64,000 nucleotides of DNA from Pseudomonadota bacterium (lineage in GTDB: Bacteria > Pseudomonadota > Gammaproteobacteria > Pseudomonadales > Moraxellaceae), in the NCBI GenBank assembly GCA_040385265.1, contig JAZKHS010000005.1:7914-71913 (forward strand), written 5' to 3'. Positions 19,472 through 29,086 of this stretch are shown piece after piece. The number at the start of each line of letters is the position of its first letter. Position 1 is the first letter of the stretch. The notes beneath the pieces are model-generated. The model was not told where the DNA came from. It was given only the letters and a program-made list of their open reading frames with translations, and did no database searches. The position numbers and the translations under genes were made by a program.

Positions 19472-20614
19472 TCAGCTGTCGCTCCGCCGATAGGGCAGCG
19501 CTTCCCTTGCCGCTTCCGCGTAGCGGCGCACTTCCAGGCTCGCCGCCGCCACGAATTCCCGCACCGCCGCCAGGAAGGCGGGCTCCGCCAGCCAGTGCAG
19601 GGAGTGCGTGAGGCGGGGCGCGAAGCCGCGCAGCAGCTTGTGCTCACCCTGGGTGCCGGGGTCGAAGCCGGCCAGGCCGAGGCGCAGGCAGAGCTCTATG
19701 CCCTGGTAGTAGCACACCTCGAAATGCAGGCCGTCGACACGCCGCAGGCCACCCCAGTAGCGCCCGTGCAGCGTGTCGCCCTGGTGCAGGAAGAGGGCGC
19801 AGGCCAGCGGTCCCGCGGTATCGCGGGCGATGACCAGGTGCAGGTGCTCGCGCATCGTCACGGCGATCTCGCGGAAGAATTCACGGTTCAGGTAGGGCCG
19901 CTGCCCGTGCTCGTGGTAGGTGCGCTCGTAGCAGGCAAAGAAGAAATCCCAGGCGGCATCGTCCAGGTCCGGTCCGGGCAGGCATTCGCAGGCCACGCCG
20001 GCCTCGGCCAGCAGGCGCCGCTCACGACGGATGTCCTTGCGCTTCTTGCTGGTCAGGGTCGCCAGGAAGTCCTCGAAGCCGGCATGCCCGGGGTTGTCGA
20101 AGTGGAAGCGGCAGCCTTCGCGAATGGCCATCCCGGCCTCCAGTCCGGCATCACGCCAGTCCTTCTCCACGAACAGGCCATGCCAGCCGGAGGCCGCCTG
20201 GTCGCGGCACTCCGCGCGCACGGCGGCGAGCACCGCCGGCAGCCAGTCGGCCGCGGTTTCCCCCGCGGCCAGCAGCAGGCGCGGCCCCGGCACTGGGGTA
20301 AAGGGAATGGCGGTGACAAGCTTGGGGTAATAGGACAGGCCATGGCGGTGGTAGGCGCTGGCCCAAGCTTGGTCAAAGACGTATTCGCCGCGGGAATCGT
20401 GCTTGCGGTAAAGCGGGAGGAGGGCGGCCGGGCGTCCGTCGCGGGTGAAGAGCAGGTGGCAGGGCTCCCAGCCCGTCCCCGTCCCGACCACCCCGGAATG
20501 CTCCAGGGCCAGCAGCCAGGGCAGGGACAGGAAAGGGTTGCCGCTGTCGCCGAGGGCGTCGAGGCCGGGGGTTCCGGCCAGCCGGGAAAGCCGCTGCCAC
20601 GGGGTCTGGAGCAT
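19472..20614 (-). CDS. DUF482 / COG3146 FemAB-like GNAT-fold acyltransferase family protein
   Basis: 380 aa. MLQTPWQRL...NPFLSLPWLLALEHSGVV...GWEPCHLLF...LPLYRKHDSRGEYVFDQAWASAYHRHGLSYYPKL matches my memory of this conserved family of unknown function. Confidence 0.8.
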   Translation of the reverse strand: MLQTPWQRLSRLAGTPGLDALGDSGNPFLSLPWLLALEHSGVVGTGTGWEPCHLLFTRDGRPAALLPLYRKHDSRGEYVFDQAWASAYHRHGLSYYPKLVTAIPFTPVPGPRLLLAAGETAADWLPAVLAAVRAECRDQAASGWHGLFVEKDWRDAGLEAGMAIREGCRFHFDNPGHAGFEDFLATLTSKKRKDIRRERRLLAEAGVACECLPGPDLDDAAWDFFFACYERTYHEHGQRPYLNREFFREIAVTMREHLHLVIARDTAGPLACALFLHQGDTLHGRYWGGLRRVDGLHFEVCYYQGIELCLRLGLAGFDPGTQGEHKLLRGFAPRLTHSLHWLAEPAFLAAVREFVAAASLEVRRYAEAAREALPYRRSDS

Positions 20615-20730
20615 AGGAGGGGGCCGATGGAAACTCTTGTTTTTAATGCGTAAGCTTGGGCGGCTACTGTTTCGCGGTCAAGGATACTGCCGTTTTTGTG
20701 GCTCCCCGGCGTTGCCGTATCCACGAAGTC

Positions 20731-21375
20731 ATGAAGAAGCTGTTAAGGATTATCAATTACATGAAAAAGAAACACTTCATCATCCTGATCTATTGTGTGC
20801 TGGCGCTCGGCTTTGCCAGCAATGGCCTGCTCATGTTGCTGGCCCCCGACGCCTGGTACACGGCGATGCCTTTCCCCCTCGACAAGGTCAACGTGCCCGT
20901 CTACTTCGTGCGCCTGCTGGGTATCGCCAATCTCGCAGCGGCGCCGGTGTTCATCTGGTGTGCGCAAAACCTCAAGCGCCGCAAGCCGGTGCATTTTGCC
21001 CTCACGCTCTATGTGCTGGGCGGCGCGCTGGTGACGGCGGCCGAGCTCTACCTGACGCCGGCCCTGCCCACCCGCATCATGTTCTGGCTGCCCATCATCA
21101 CCTGTGTCTTCGGTCCGGCCGTGGTCATGCTGGTGATGGCGATGCCGCCGCTGCCAGCCCGGGTCAAGGGGCCGCGCGAGCAGGGCAAGGTCAAGTGGTT
21201 CAACGCCACCAAGGGCTTTGGCTTCATCACGCGCGAACAGGGCGATGATGTCTTCGTGCATTACCGCTCCATCCGTGGCGAGGGGCACCGTACCCTGCGC
21301 GAAGGCCAGAGTGTCGAATTCGTGGTCATGAAGGGCGACAAGGGCCTGCAGGCGGAGGATGTGCAGCCGCTGTGA
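20731..21375 (+). CDS. Membrane-anchored cold-shock-domain protein (4 predicted TM helices + C-terminal CSD)
   Basis: The ORF track gives 20656..21375. The start is taken at [15 protein letters not shown]; ATG 20761 is an alternative. Four hydrophobic helices are followed by [48 protein letters not shown], which is a complete CSD. Confidence 0.8.
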   Translation: MKKLLRIINYMKKKHFIILIYCVLALGFASNGLLMLLAPDAWYTAMPFPLDKVNVPVYFVRLLGIANLAAAPVFIWCAQNLKRRKPVHFALTLYVLGGALVTAAELYLTPALPTRIMFWLPIITCVFGPAVVMLVMAMPPLPARVKGPREQGKVKWFNATKGFGFITREQGDDVFVHYRSIRGEGHRTLREGQSVEFVVMKGDKGLQAEDVQPL

Positions 21376-21458
21376 CGGCAGCGGGACCGGCCTGCCGGTT
21401 CCGCAACATCCTTTCAGTTCATGTTGGCGGCCGTGGCGCCGCTGAGGAAGTAGAGACG

Positions 21459-22223
21459 ATGTCTGCAAATGACGACGGCAAGGCCGCCCGGAAGCGTTAC
21501 CACGAGCCGGTGCCCGCCATCGACGTGGAAGAGTTCCGCAAGGTCGTGCACAGCCGCCGCTCGGTGCGGCGCTTCGACGACACCCCCATCCCCGACGCCG
21601 TCCTCGACGACTGCATCGACCTGGCCCTGCTCGCCCCCAACTCTTCCAACCTGCAGCCCTGGGAATTCCATGTGGTGAAGACGCCGGCGCTGAAGGCGAA
21701 GGTGGCCGAGGCCTGCCTGGGCCAGAACGCCGCGCGCACCGCGCAGGCGCTGGTGGCCATCGTGGCGCGCACGGATACCTGGCGTGAGCACTGCGACCTC
21801 ATGCTGGAGAACTGGCCGGAGGAGACGGTGCCGCGCATCGTTGACAACTACTACCGGAGACTGGCCCGCCTGCACTACGGGCAGGGCCCGCTCAACGTGA
21901 TCGGCATGGGCAAGCGCGTGTTCGCCAGCGTGGCCGGCCTCAGCCGACCCATGCCGCGGGGTCCGTTCTCCGCGGCCGACATGAAGGTGTGGGCGGTGAA
22001 GTCGACGGCGCTGGCGGCCGGGAACTTCATGCTGGCCCTGCGCGCGCACGGCTTTGATTCCTGCCCCATGGAGGGCTTCGACGAGGCGCGCGTGCGCAAG
22101 CTGCTCAGCCTGCCTGGCGACGGCATCGTCACCATGGTGGTCGGCTGCGGCAAGCGCGCCGCCGACGGCGTCTACCACCCGCGCATCCGCTTCGACCGGG
22201 CGCGCTTCGTGAAGGTGCATTGA
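21459..22223 (+). CDS. Nitroreductase family protein
   Basis: Internal start MSANDDGKAARKRY. RRSVRRFDDTPIPDAVLDDCIDLALLAPNSSNLQPWEF is the classical nitroreductase N-terminal motif. 254 aa. Confidence 0.85.
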   Translation: MSANDDGKAARKRYHEPVPAIDVEEFRKVVHSRRSVRRFDDTPIPDAVLDDCIDLALLAPNSSNLQPWEFHVVKTPALKAKVAEACLGQNAARTAQALVAIVARTDTWREHCDLMLENWPEETVPRIVDNYYRRLARLHYGQGPLNVIGMGKRVFASVAGLSRPMPRGPFSAADMKVWAVKSTALAAGNFMLALRAHGFDSCPMEGFDEARVRKLLSLPGDGIVTMVVGCGKRAADGVYHPRIRFDRARFVKVH

Positions 22224-22414
22224 GGTCGTGCTTGCACGTTCCTCTTCCGCGGCTCGTCTTGCCCTGACCGGGTACGACGCGACCGTATCCCGCCCGAGGC
22301 CCGCGCGACCAGGGCGGTCCCTGCGGCCCTGCCGGCACTCCGCCGGTGGCCGTCTACTCTTTCGGCAGGCGCCACTTCCGGCCCCTGCACTCATTCAAAG
22401 CGAGTTAATGTTTC

Positions 22415-23958
<1,544 letters not shown>

Positions 23959-23962
<4 letters not shown>

Positions 23963-24270
23963 GCTGGCAGCGCATCTCTCCGGAGGCCGCCGCCACCTTG
24001 CTGCAGGAGCGGGAGCCGGTAGTGGTGGATGTGCGTGACGAACGCTCCTACGAGGCCGGCCGCATTCCCGGCGCGGTCCGCCTGGACGGCCAGTCCGCCG
24101 CCGACTTCGTGGCGGAGCACGACAAGACGCGCCCGCTGCTGGTCTGCTGCTACCACGGCAACTCCAGCCAGGGCGCCGCCGCCTGGCTGGCCACCCGGGG
24201 CTTCCAGGAGGTCTACAGCCTCGATGGCGGCTTCGAGGTCTGGCGCCTCAACTACGCCGTCGAGTCCTGA
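23959..24270 (+). CDS. glpE: Single-domain rhodanese (thiosulfate sulfurtransferase GlpE-like)
   Basis: 103 aa with the active-site loop CYHGNSS and the flanking motif [18 protein letters not shown]. The ATG overlaps the rhlB stop as ATGA. Confidence 0.85.
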
Positions 24271-24609
24271 TCTTCCCCGCGCCCGGCAACCGCCGCGTGG
24301 CAGTCTCTCCGGGCCTCCGGAGCCGGGGGTTGGCTTGCCACCCGCCCGGACGCTGCTACGTTTTCCGCTATCCGTCCTTGCCGCCGGGCAGAGGGCGGCC
24401 GCCTGTGCCGCCGCCAGGGAATGTCCGAAAGGTGCGCCGCGCCTGGGCCGGCTGCCCTCAGCATGCCGCCGCTCCTGCTTTTTTGCTGCCGCCTGTCGCC
24501 TCCCGGGGCCCTCGCTCGACCAAAGTCGAAATGCAGGAAGCCTGCCAGCCACGTATAAAAATCGAGACCCAAACCGGGGCCCGACAATTATTCCAACAGG
24601 AGCGGCACC

Positions 24610-24933
24610 ATGAATCCCAAAACAATAGACTGGGGTGCGATTGCGGCGGATCCCCGCTTCATCGACCTGCATCAGCGCAAGAGCCGCTTCCTGTGGGGAT
24701 TGATGGCGTTTTCCCTTGTTTACTATTTCCTGCTTCCGCTCGGCGCCGCCTATACGCCCGAACTCTTCAGCAAGAAGGTCTGGGGCCCCATGAACGTCGG
24801 CCTGCTGTTCGCGCTGTCCGAGTTCATCGTCGCCTGGGGCATTGCCATCATTTACTCCCGCCGCGCCAACCGCGAGTTCGATGCCCTCGCCGCCGAGCTC
24901 GTCGCCTCCGTCAGGAGCAGCCATCATGCTTAA
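24610..24933 (+). CDS. yjcH: DUF485 inner-membrane protein (YjcH-like), partner of ActP
   Basis: 107 aa with two TM helices, starting IAADPRFIDLHQRKSRFLWGLMAFSLVYYFLLP. It overlaps the actP start by 8 nt. Confidence 0.88.
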   Translation: MNPKTIDWGAIAADPRFIDLHQRKSRFLWGLMAFSLVYYFLLPLGAAYTPELFSKKVWGPMNVGLLFALSEFIVAWGIAIIYSRRANREFDALAAELVASVRSSHHA

Positions 24934-26821
24934 GCGCCTGCTCCCGCTGCTGGCCTTCGCGCCGCAGTTCGCCCTGGCCCAGGAGGCCGGCACCGTCGCT
25001 CCCGAGTTCCGCTTCCTGACCTTCCTGGTCTTCGGCAGCATCATCGCCATGACCATGTTCGTGACCTTCCTGGCCGCCAAGCGCGTCCGCTCCGCCAACG
25101 ACTTCTACACGGCCGGCGGCGGCATCTCCGGCCTCCAGAATGGCTGGGCCATCGCCGGCGACTACCTGTCCGCCGCCTCCTTCCTCGGCATCGCCGGCCT
25201 CATCTCGCTGTATGGCTATGACGGCTTCATGTACTCGGTGGGCTTCCTCATGGCCTACATCACCGTGCTGCTGGTGATCGCCGAGCCCTGCCGCAACATC
25301 GGCAAGTACACGCTGGCCGACATCCTGGCCTACCGCAACGACCCCAAGAAGACCCGTGTTGCCGGCGCCCTCTCGGTGATTACCGTGTCCACCATTTACC
25401 TGACCGCGCAGATGGTCGGCGGCGGCGTGCTGGTGAAGACCCTGATCGGCATCGACTACGAAGTCTCCGTGGTCGCCGTGGGCGTCCTGATGCTGGGCTA
25501 TGTGCTCTTCGGCGGCATGGTCGCCACCACCTGGGTGCAGATCATCAAGGCCATCCTGCTGGTAATCGCCTCGCTGCTGCTGGTGATGCTGGTGTGGGCA
25601 CCCTACGGCTTCTCCTTCCCCGGCTTCCTCGAGGCCGTGGTCAACGACCCCAAGGTGCAGGCCCAGGTGGCCAAGATCCTGGGGGACTCCGCCGCCAACA
25701 TGACGCCCGCCGAACTCGGCCAGCGCTTCATGGAGCCGGGCCTCTACCTCAAGGATCCGCTCGACCAGATCTCCCTGGGCCTCGCCCTGGTGCTGGGCAC
25801 CGCCGGCCTGCCGCACATCCTGATGCGCTTCTTCACCGTGCCGACCGCGCAGGAAGCCCGCAAGTCCGTGATCTGGGCGATGGGCATCATCGGGGGCTTC
25901 TACGTGCTGACGCTGTTCCTGGGCATGGGCGCGGCCATCAACGTGGGCGCCGGCGACATCGCGCTGATCGACAAGGGCGGCAACATGGCGGCCCCGCTGC
26001 TGGCCCAGTACCTGGGCGGTGGTGCGGACTCCATGCTCGGCAACCTGTTCCTGGCCTTTGTCGCCGCCGTCGCCTTCGCCACCATCGTGGCGGTGGTTGC
26101 CGGCCTGGTGCTGGCGGCCGCCTCCGCCATGGCGCATGACCTTTACGTCGGCGTGATCCGCGAAGGCGACGTGACTCCGCAGGAGCAGGTGAAGGCAGCG
26201 CGCCTGGCCACCGTGGTGGTCGGCGCCATCGCCATCGTGATCGGCATCGCCGCCAAGGGCCAGAACGTGGCGCACCTGGTGGGCCTGGCCTTCGCCGTGG
26301 CCGCGTCGGCCAACCTGCCCTGCGTCGTGCTGACGCTGTACTGGCGTCGCTGCAATACCGGCGGCATCATCGCCGGCATGGTGGTGGGGACCTTCACCGC
26401 GATCGGCCTGGTGCTGGTGTCGCCGAACATGACCTACCCGCTGAAGGTGCAGGCCGACGCCACCAAGCTGCTCGCCGAGGCGCCCGCCAAGGTGGCCGGC
26501 CTGCAGGGCAAGCTCGTCGCCGCGGATTCCGTGGAGGCGCAGAAGAAGGTGCAGAAGCTGATCGCCAAGCTGGAGAAGGACATGGCCAAGGCCAACGACG
26601 ACCTCAAGAAGACGGCCGGCAAGACCACCTCCATGGTCGGGCTGGAAAAGCCGCTGATCCCGCTCAAGAACCCCGGCATCATTTCGATTCCGCTGGGCTT
26701 CCTGGCCGTGATCCTCGGCTCCCTGCTCTGGCGCCGCGATGATCGCGCCGACGAGATGTGGGAAGAGCTCTACGTACGCCAGAACACCGGCATCGGCGCC
26801 AACAAGGCGGCCGAACACTGA
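24926..26821 (+). CDS. actP: Cation/acetate symporter (SSS family)
   Basis: The ORF track gives 24842..26821. The start is at MLKRLLPLLAFAPQFALAQ. The rest is an SSS-family polytopic protein (DFYTAGGGISGLQNGWAIAGDYLSAASFLGIAG). Confidence 0.92.
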   Translation: MLKRLLPLLAFAPQFALAQEAGTVAPEFRFLTFLVFGSIIAMTMFVTFLAAKRVRSANDFYTAGGGISGLQNGWAIAGDYLSAASFLGIAGLISLYGYDGFMYSVGFLMAYITVLLVIAEPCRNIGKYTLADILAYRNDPKKTRVAGALSVITVSTIYLTAQMVGGGVLVKTLIGIDYEVSVVAVGVLMLGYVLFGGMVATTWVQIIKAILLVIASLLLVMLVWAPYGFSFPGFLEAVVNDPKVQAQVAKILGDSAANMTPAELGQRFMEPGLYLKDPLDQISLGLALVLGTAGLPHILMRFFTVPTAQEARKSVIWAMGIIGGFYVLTLFLGMGAAINVGAGDIALIDKGGNMAAPLLAQYLGGGADSMLGNLFLAFVAAVAFATIVAVVAGLVLAAASAMAHDLYVGVIREGDVTPQEQVKAARLATVVVGAIAIVIGIAAKGQNVAHLVGLAFAVAASANLPCVVLTLYWRRCNTGGIIAGMVVGTFTAIGLVLVSPNMTYPLKVQADATKLLAEAPAKVAGLQGKLVAADSVEAQKKVQKLIAKLEKDMAKANDDLKKTAGKTTSMVGLEKPLIPLKNPGIISIPLGFLAVILGSLLWRRDDRADEMWEELYVRQNTGIGANKAAEH

Positions 26822-26899
26822 ACCCCGGAATACCCGGGGCTCTTGCCGGCCCCGGCATCTTTATCGCTGTACGGGAAAACAAATCAAGGAGCATCGTTG

Positions 26900-28870
26900 A
26901 TGAGCAACATTGAATCCGTCCTTCACGAAAACCGGGTCTTCCCGCCCTCCGCCGACTTCCAGAAGCGCGCCAACGTGTCCGGCCGCGACGCCTATGACGC
27001 GCTTTGCGCCGAAGCCGCGGCTGACTACGAGGGCTTCTGGGGCCGCCAGGCCCGCGAGCAGCTAGCCTGGCACCGTCCCTTCACCCAGGTGCTGGACGAG
27101 TCCGATGCGCCGTTCTATCGCTGGTTCCATGACGGCGAGCTCAACGTCTCCTACAACTGCATCGATCGGCACCTGCCGCTGCTGGCCAACAAGCTGGCCC
27201 TCATTTTCGAATCCGACAACGGCACTGCCCGCCGTGTCACCTATGCCGAGCTTGGCCGGCTGGTCGGCCAGTTTGCCAACGGCCTGCTGTCGCTGGGCGT
27301 GACCAAGGGCGATCGCGTCGTCATCTACATGCCGATGAGCATCGAGGCCGTGGTGGCTATGCAGGCCTGCGCCCGCATCGGCGCCATCCACTCCGTGGTC
27401 TTCGGCGGCTTCTCGGCCAAGTCCCTGAACGAGCGCATCATCGACGCCGGCGCCAAGATCGTGGTGACCGCCAATGCCGGTGTTCGCGGCGGCAAGATCG
27501 TTCCGCTCAAAGCCGTGACCGACGACGCCATCGCCATGGGCGGCTGCAGTACGCTCGAACGCGTGGTGGTGTATCGCCGCACCGAAGAGAAGGACGCCCC
27601 CATCGACTGGCAGCGTGGTCGCGACCTGTGGTGGCATGAAATGGTGGCGGACAAGCCGGACTACTGCGAGCCGACCTGGGTGGGCGCCGACGATCCGCTG
27701 TTCATCCTCTACACCTCCGGCTCCACCGGCAAGCCCAAGGGCGTGCAGCATTCCAGCGCCGGCTATCTGCTGGGCGCCGTCAACTCCATGAAGACGGTGT
27801 TCGACTACAAGGCCGACGACATTTTCTGGTGCACCGCGGACGTGGGCTGGATCACCGGCCATACCTATGTCGCCTACGGTCCGCTCGCGGTCGGCGGTAC
27901 CCAGGTCATCTTCGAAGGCATTCCCACCTACCCGGACGCCGGCCGCTTCTGGCAGATGATCGAGCGCCACAAGGTTTCCGTGTTCTACACGGCTCCGACT
28001 GCCATCCGTTCGCTGATCAAGCTCGGCGGCGACCTGCCCCGGCGCCACGACCTGTCCTCGCTGCGCCTGCTCGGCACCGTGGGCGAGCCCATCAACCCGG
28101 AAGCCTGGATCTGGTATCACGAGCAGGTCGGCAACGGTCGCTGCCCGATAGTGGACACTTGGTGGCAGACCGAAACCGGCTCGCACATGCTGGCGCCGCT
28201 GCCGGGCGCCATCGCCACCAAGCCGGGCTCCTGCACGCTGCCGCTGCCGGGCATCATGGTCGACGTCGTCGACGAGAGCGGCGCCTCTGTGGAGAAAGGC
28301 GGCGGCTTTCTTGTCATCAAGCGTCCCTTCCCCTCGCAGGTGCGTACGCTGTGGAATGATCCGGAGCGTTTCAGGAAGTCGTATTTCCCCGACGAATACC
28401 AGGGCAAGTACTACCTGGCCGGCGACTCCGCGCACCGCGATGATGACGGCTACTTCTGGATCATGGGCCGCATCGACGACGTCCTGAACGTGTCCGGCCA
28501 TCGCCTGGGCACCATGGAGATCGAGTCCGCGCTGGTGGGCAACTCCCTCGTGGCCGAAGCTGCCGTCGTGGGCCGTCCCGATCCGCTGAAGGGCGAGGCC
28601 ATCGTTGCCTTCGTGGTGCTGAAGGGCGCGCGGCCGTCCGGCGACGAAGCCAAGCGCATCATCAGCGAGCTGCGCGACTGGGTGGCCAAGGAAATCGGCG
28701 CCATCGCCAAGCCGGAAGACATCCGCTTTGGCGACAACCTGCCCAAGACCCGCTCCGGCAAGATCATGCGCCGCCTGCTGCGCTCCATTGCGCGCGGCGA
28801 GACGATCACCCAGGACACCTCCACCCTCGAGAATCCCGCCATCCTGCTCCAGCTCCAGGAAACGGTCTGA
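26900..28870 (+). CDS. acs: Acetyl-CoA synthetase
   Basis: Internal start [20 protein letters not shown]. The AMP-binding motif [11 protein letters not shown] is present, followed by WWQTETG and [14 protein letters not shown], with the C-terminal segment [15 protein letters not shown]. Confidence 0.97.
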   Translation: MSNIESVLHENRVFPPSADFQKRANVSGRDAYDALCAEAAADYEGFWGRQAREQLAWHRPFTQVLDESDAPFYRWFHDGELNVSYNCIDRHLPLLANKLALIFESDNGTARRVTYAELGRLVGQFANGLLSLGVTKGDRVVIYMPMSIEAVVAMQACARIGAIHSVVFGGFSAKSLNERIIDAGAKIVVTANAGVRGGKIVPLKAVTDDAIAMGGCSTLERVVVYRRTEEKDAPIDWQRGRDLWWHEMVADKPDYCEPTWVGADDPLFILYTSGSTGKPKGVQHSSAGYLLGAVNSMKTVFDYKADDIFWCTADVGWITGHTYVAYGPLAVGGTQVIFEGIPTYPDAGRFWQMIERHKVSVFYTAPTAIRSLIKLGGDLPRRHDLSSLRLLGTVGEPINPEAWIWYHEQVGNGRCPIVDTWWQTETGSHMLAPLPGAIATKPGSCTLPLPGIMVDVVDESGASVEKGGGFLVIKRPFPSQVRTLWNDPERFRKSYFPDEYQGKYYLAGDSAHRDDDGYFWIMGRIDDVLNVSGHRLGTMEIESALVGNSLVAEAAVVGRPDPLKGEAIVAFVVLKGARPSGDEAKRIISELRDWVAKEIGAIAKPEDIRFGDNLPKTRSGKIMRRLLRSIARGETITQDTSTLENPAILLQLQETV

Positions 28871-28946
28871 CGCAGCCCCCGGCCGAGGCGCGGGCACGGC
28901 CTCCCGGCGGGGCAGCTGCTTGTGCCCGGCGGGGTGGGCGTGCACC

Positions 28947-28996
28947 CTGAACGCTGACGCTGACGCTGACGCTGACGCTGACGCTGACGCTGACGC
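28947..28996. repeat. Hexanucleotide microsatellite (GCTGAC)7 plus flanking partial copies
   Basis: Seven perfect tandem GCTGAC units at 28953-28994, preceded by the degenerate unit CTGAAC and followed by GC. It is intergenic, between the convergent genes acs (+) and the COG4389 gene (-). Confidence 0.95.
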
Positions 28997-29035
28997 GGCG
29001 GCAGGGCGTGCTGATCTGCTGTGGTATCGCGCTGC

Positions 29036-29067
29036 AAAAAGGCCGCCTTCGGGCGGCCTTTCTTTTG
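29036..29067. terminator. Bidirectional rho-independent terminator
   Basis: AAAAAGGCCGCC-TTCG-GGCGGCCTTTCTTTTG. It has a perfect stem, a GNRA-like loop, and an A-run and T-run on the two sides. It lies between the convergent acs and COG4389 genes. Confidence 0.8.
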
Positions 29068-29086
29068 TCTGCGCCTTCGCGCCGGC

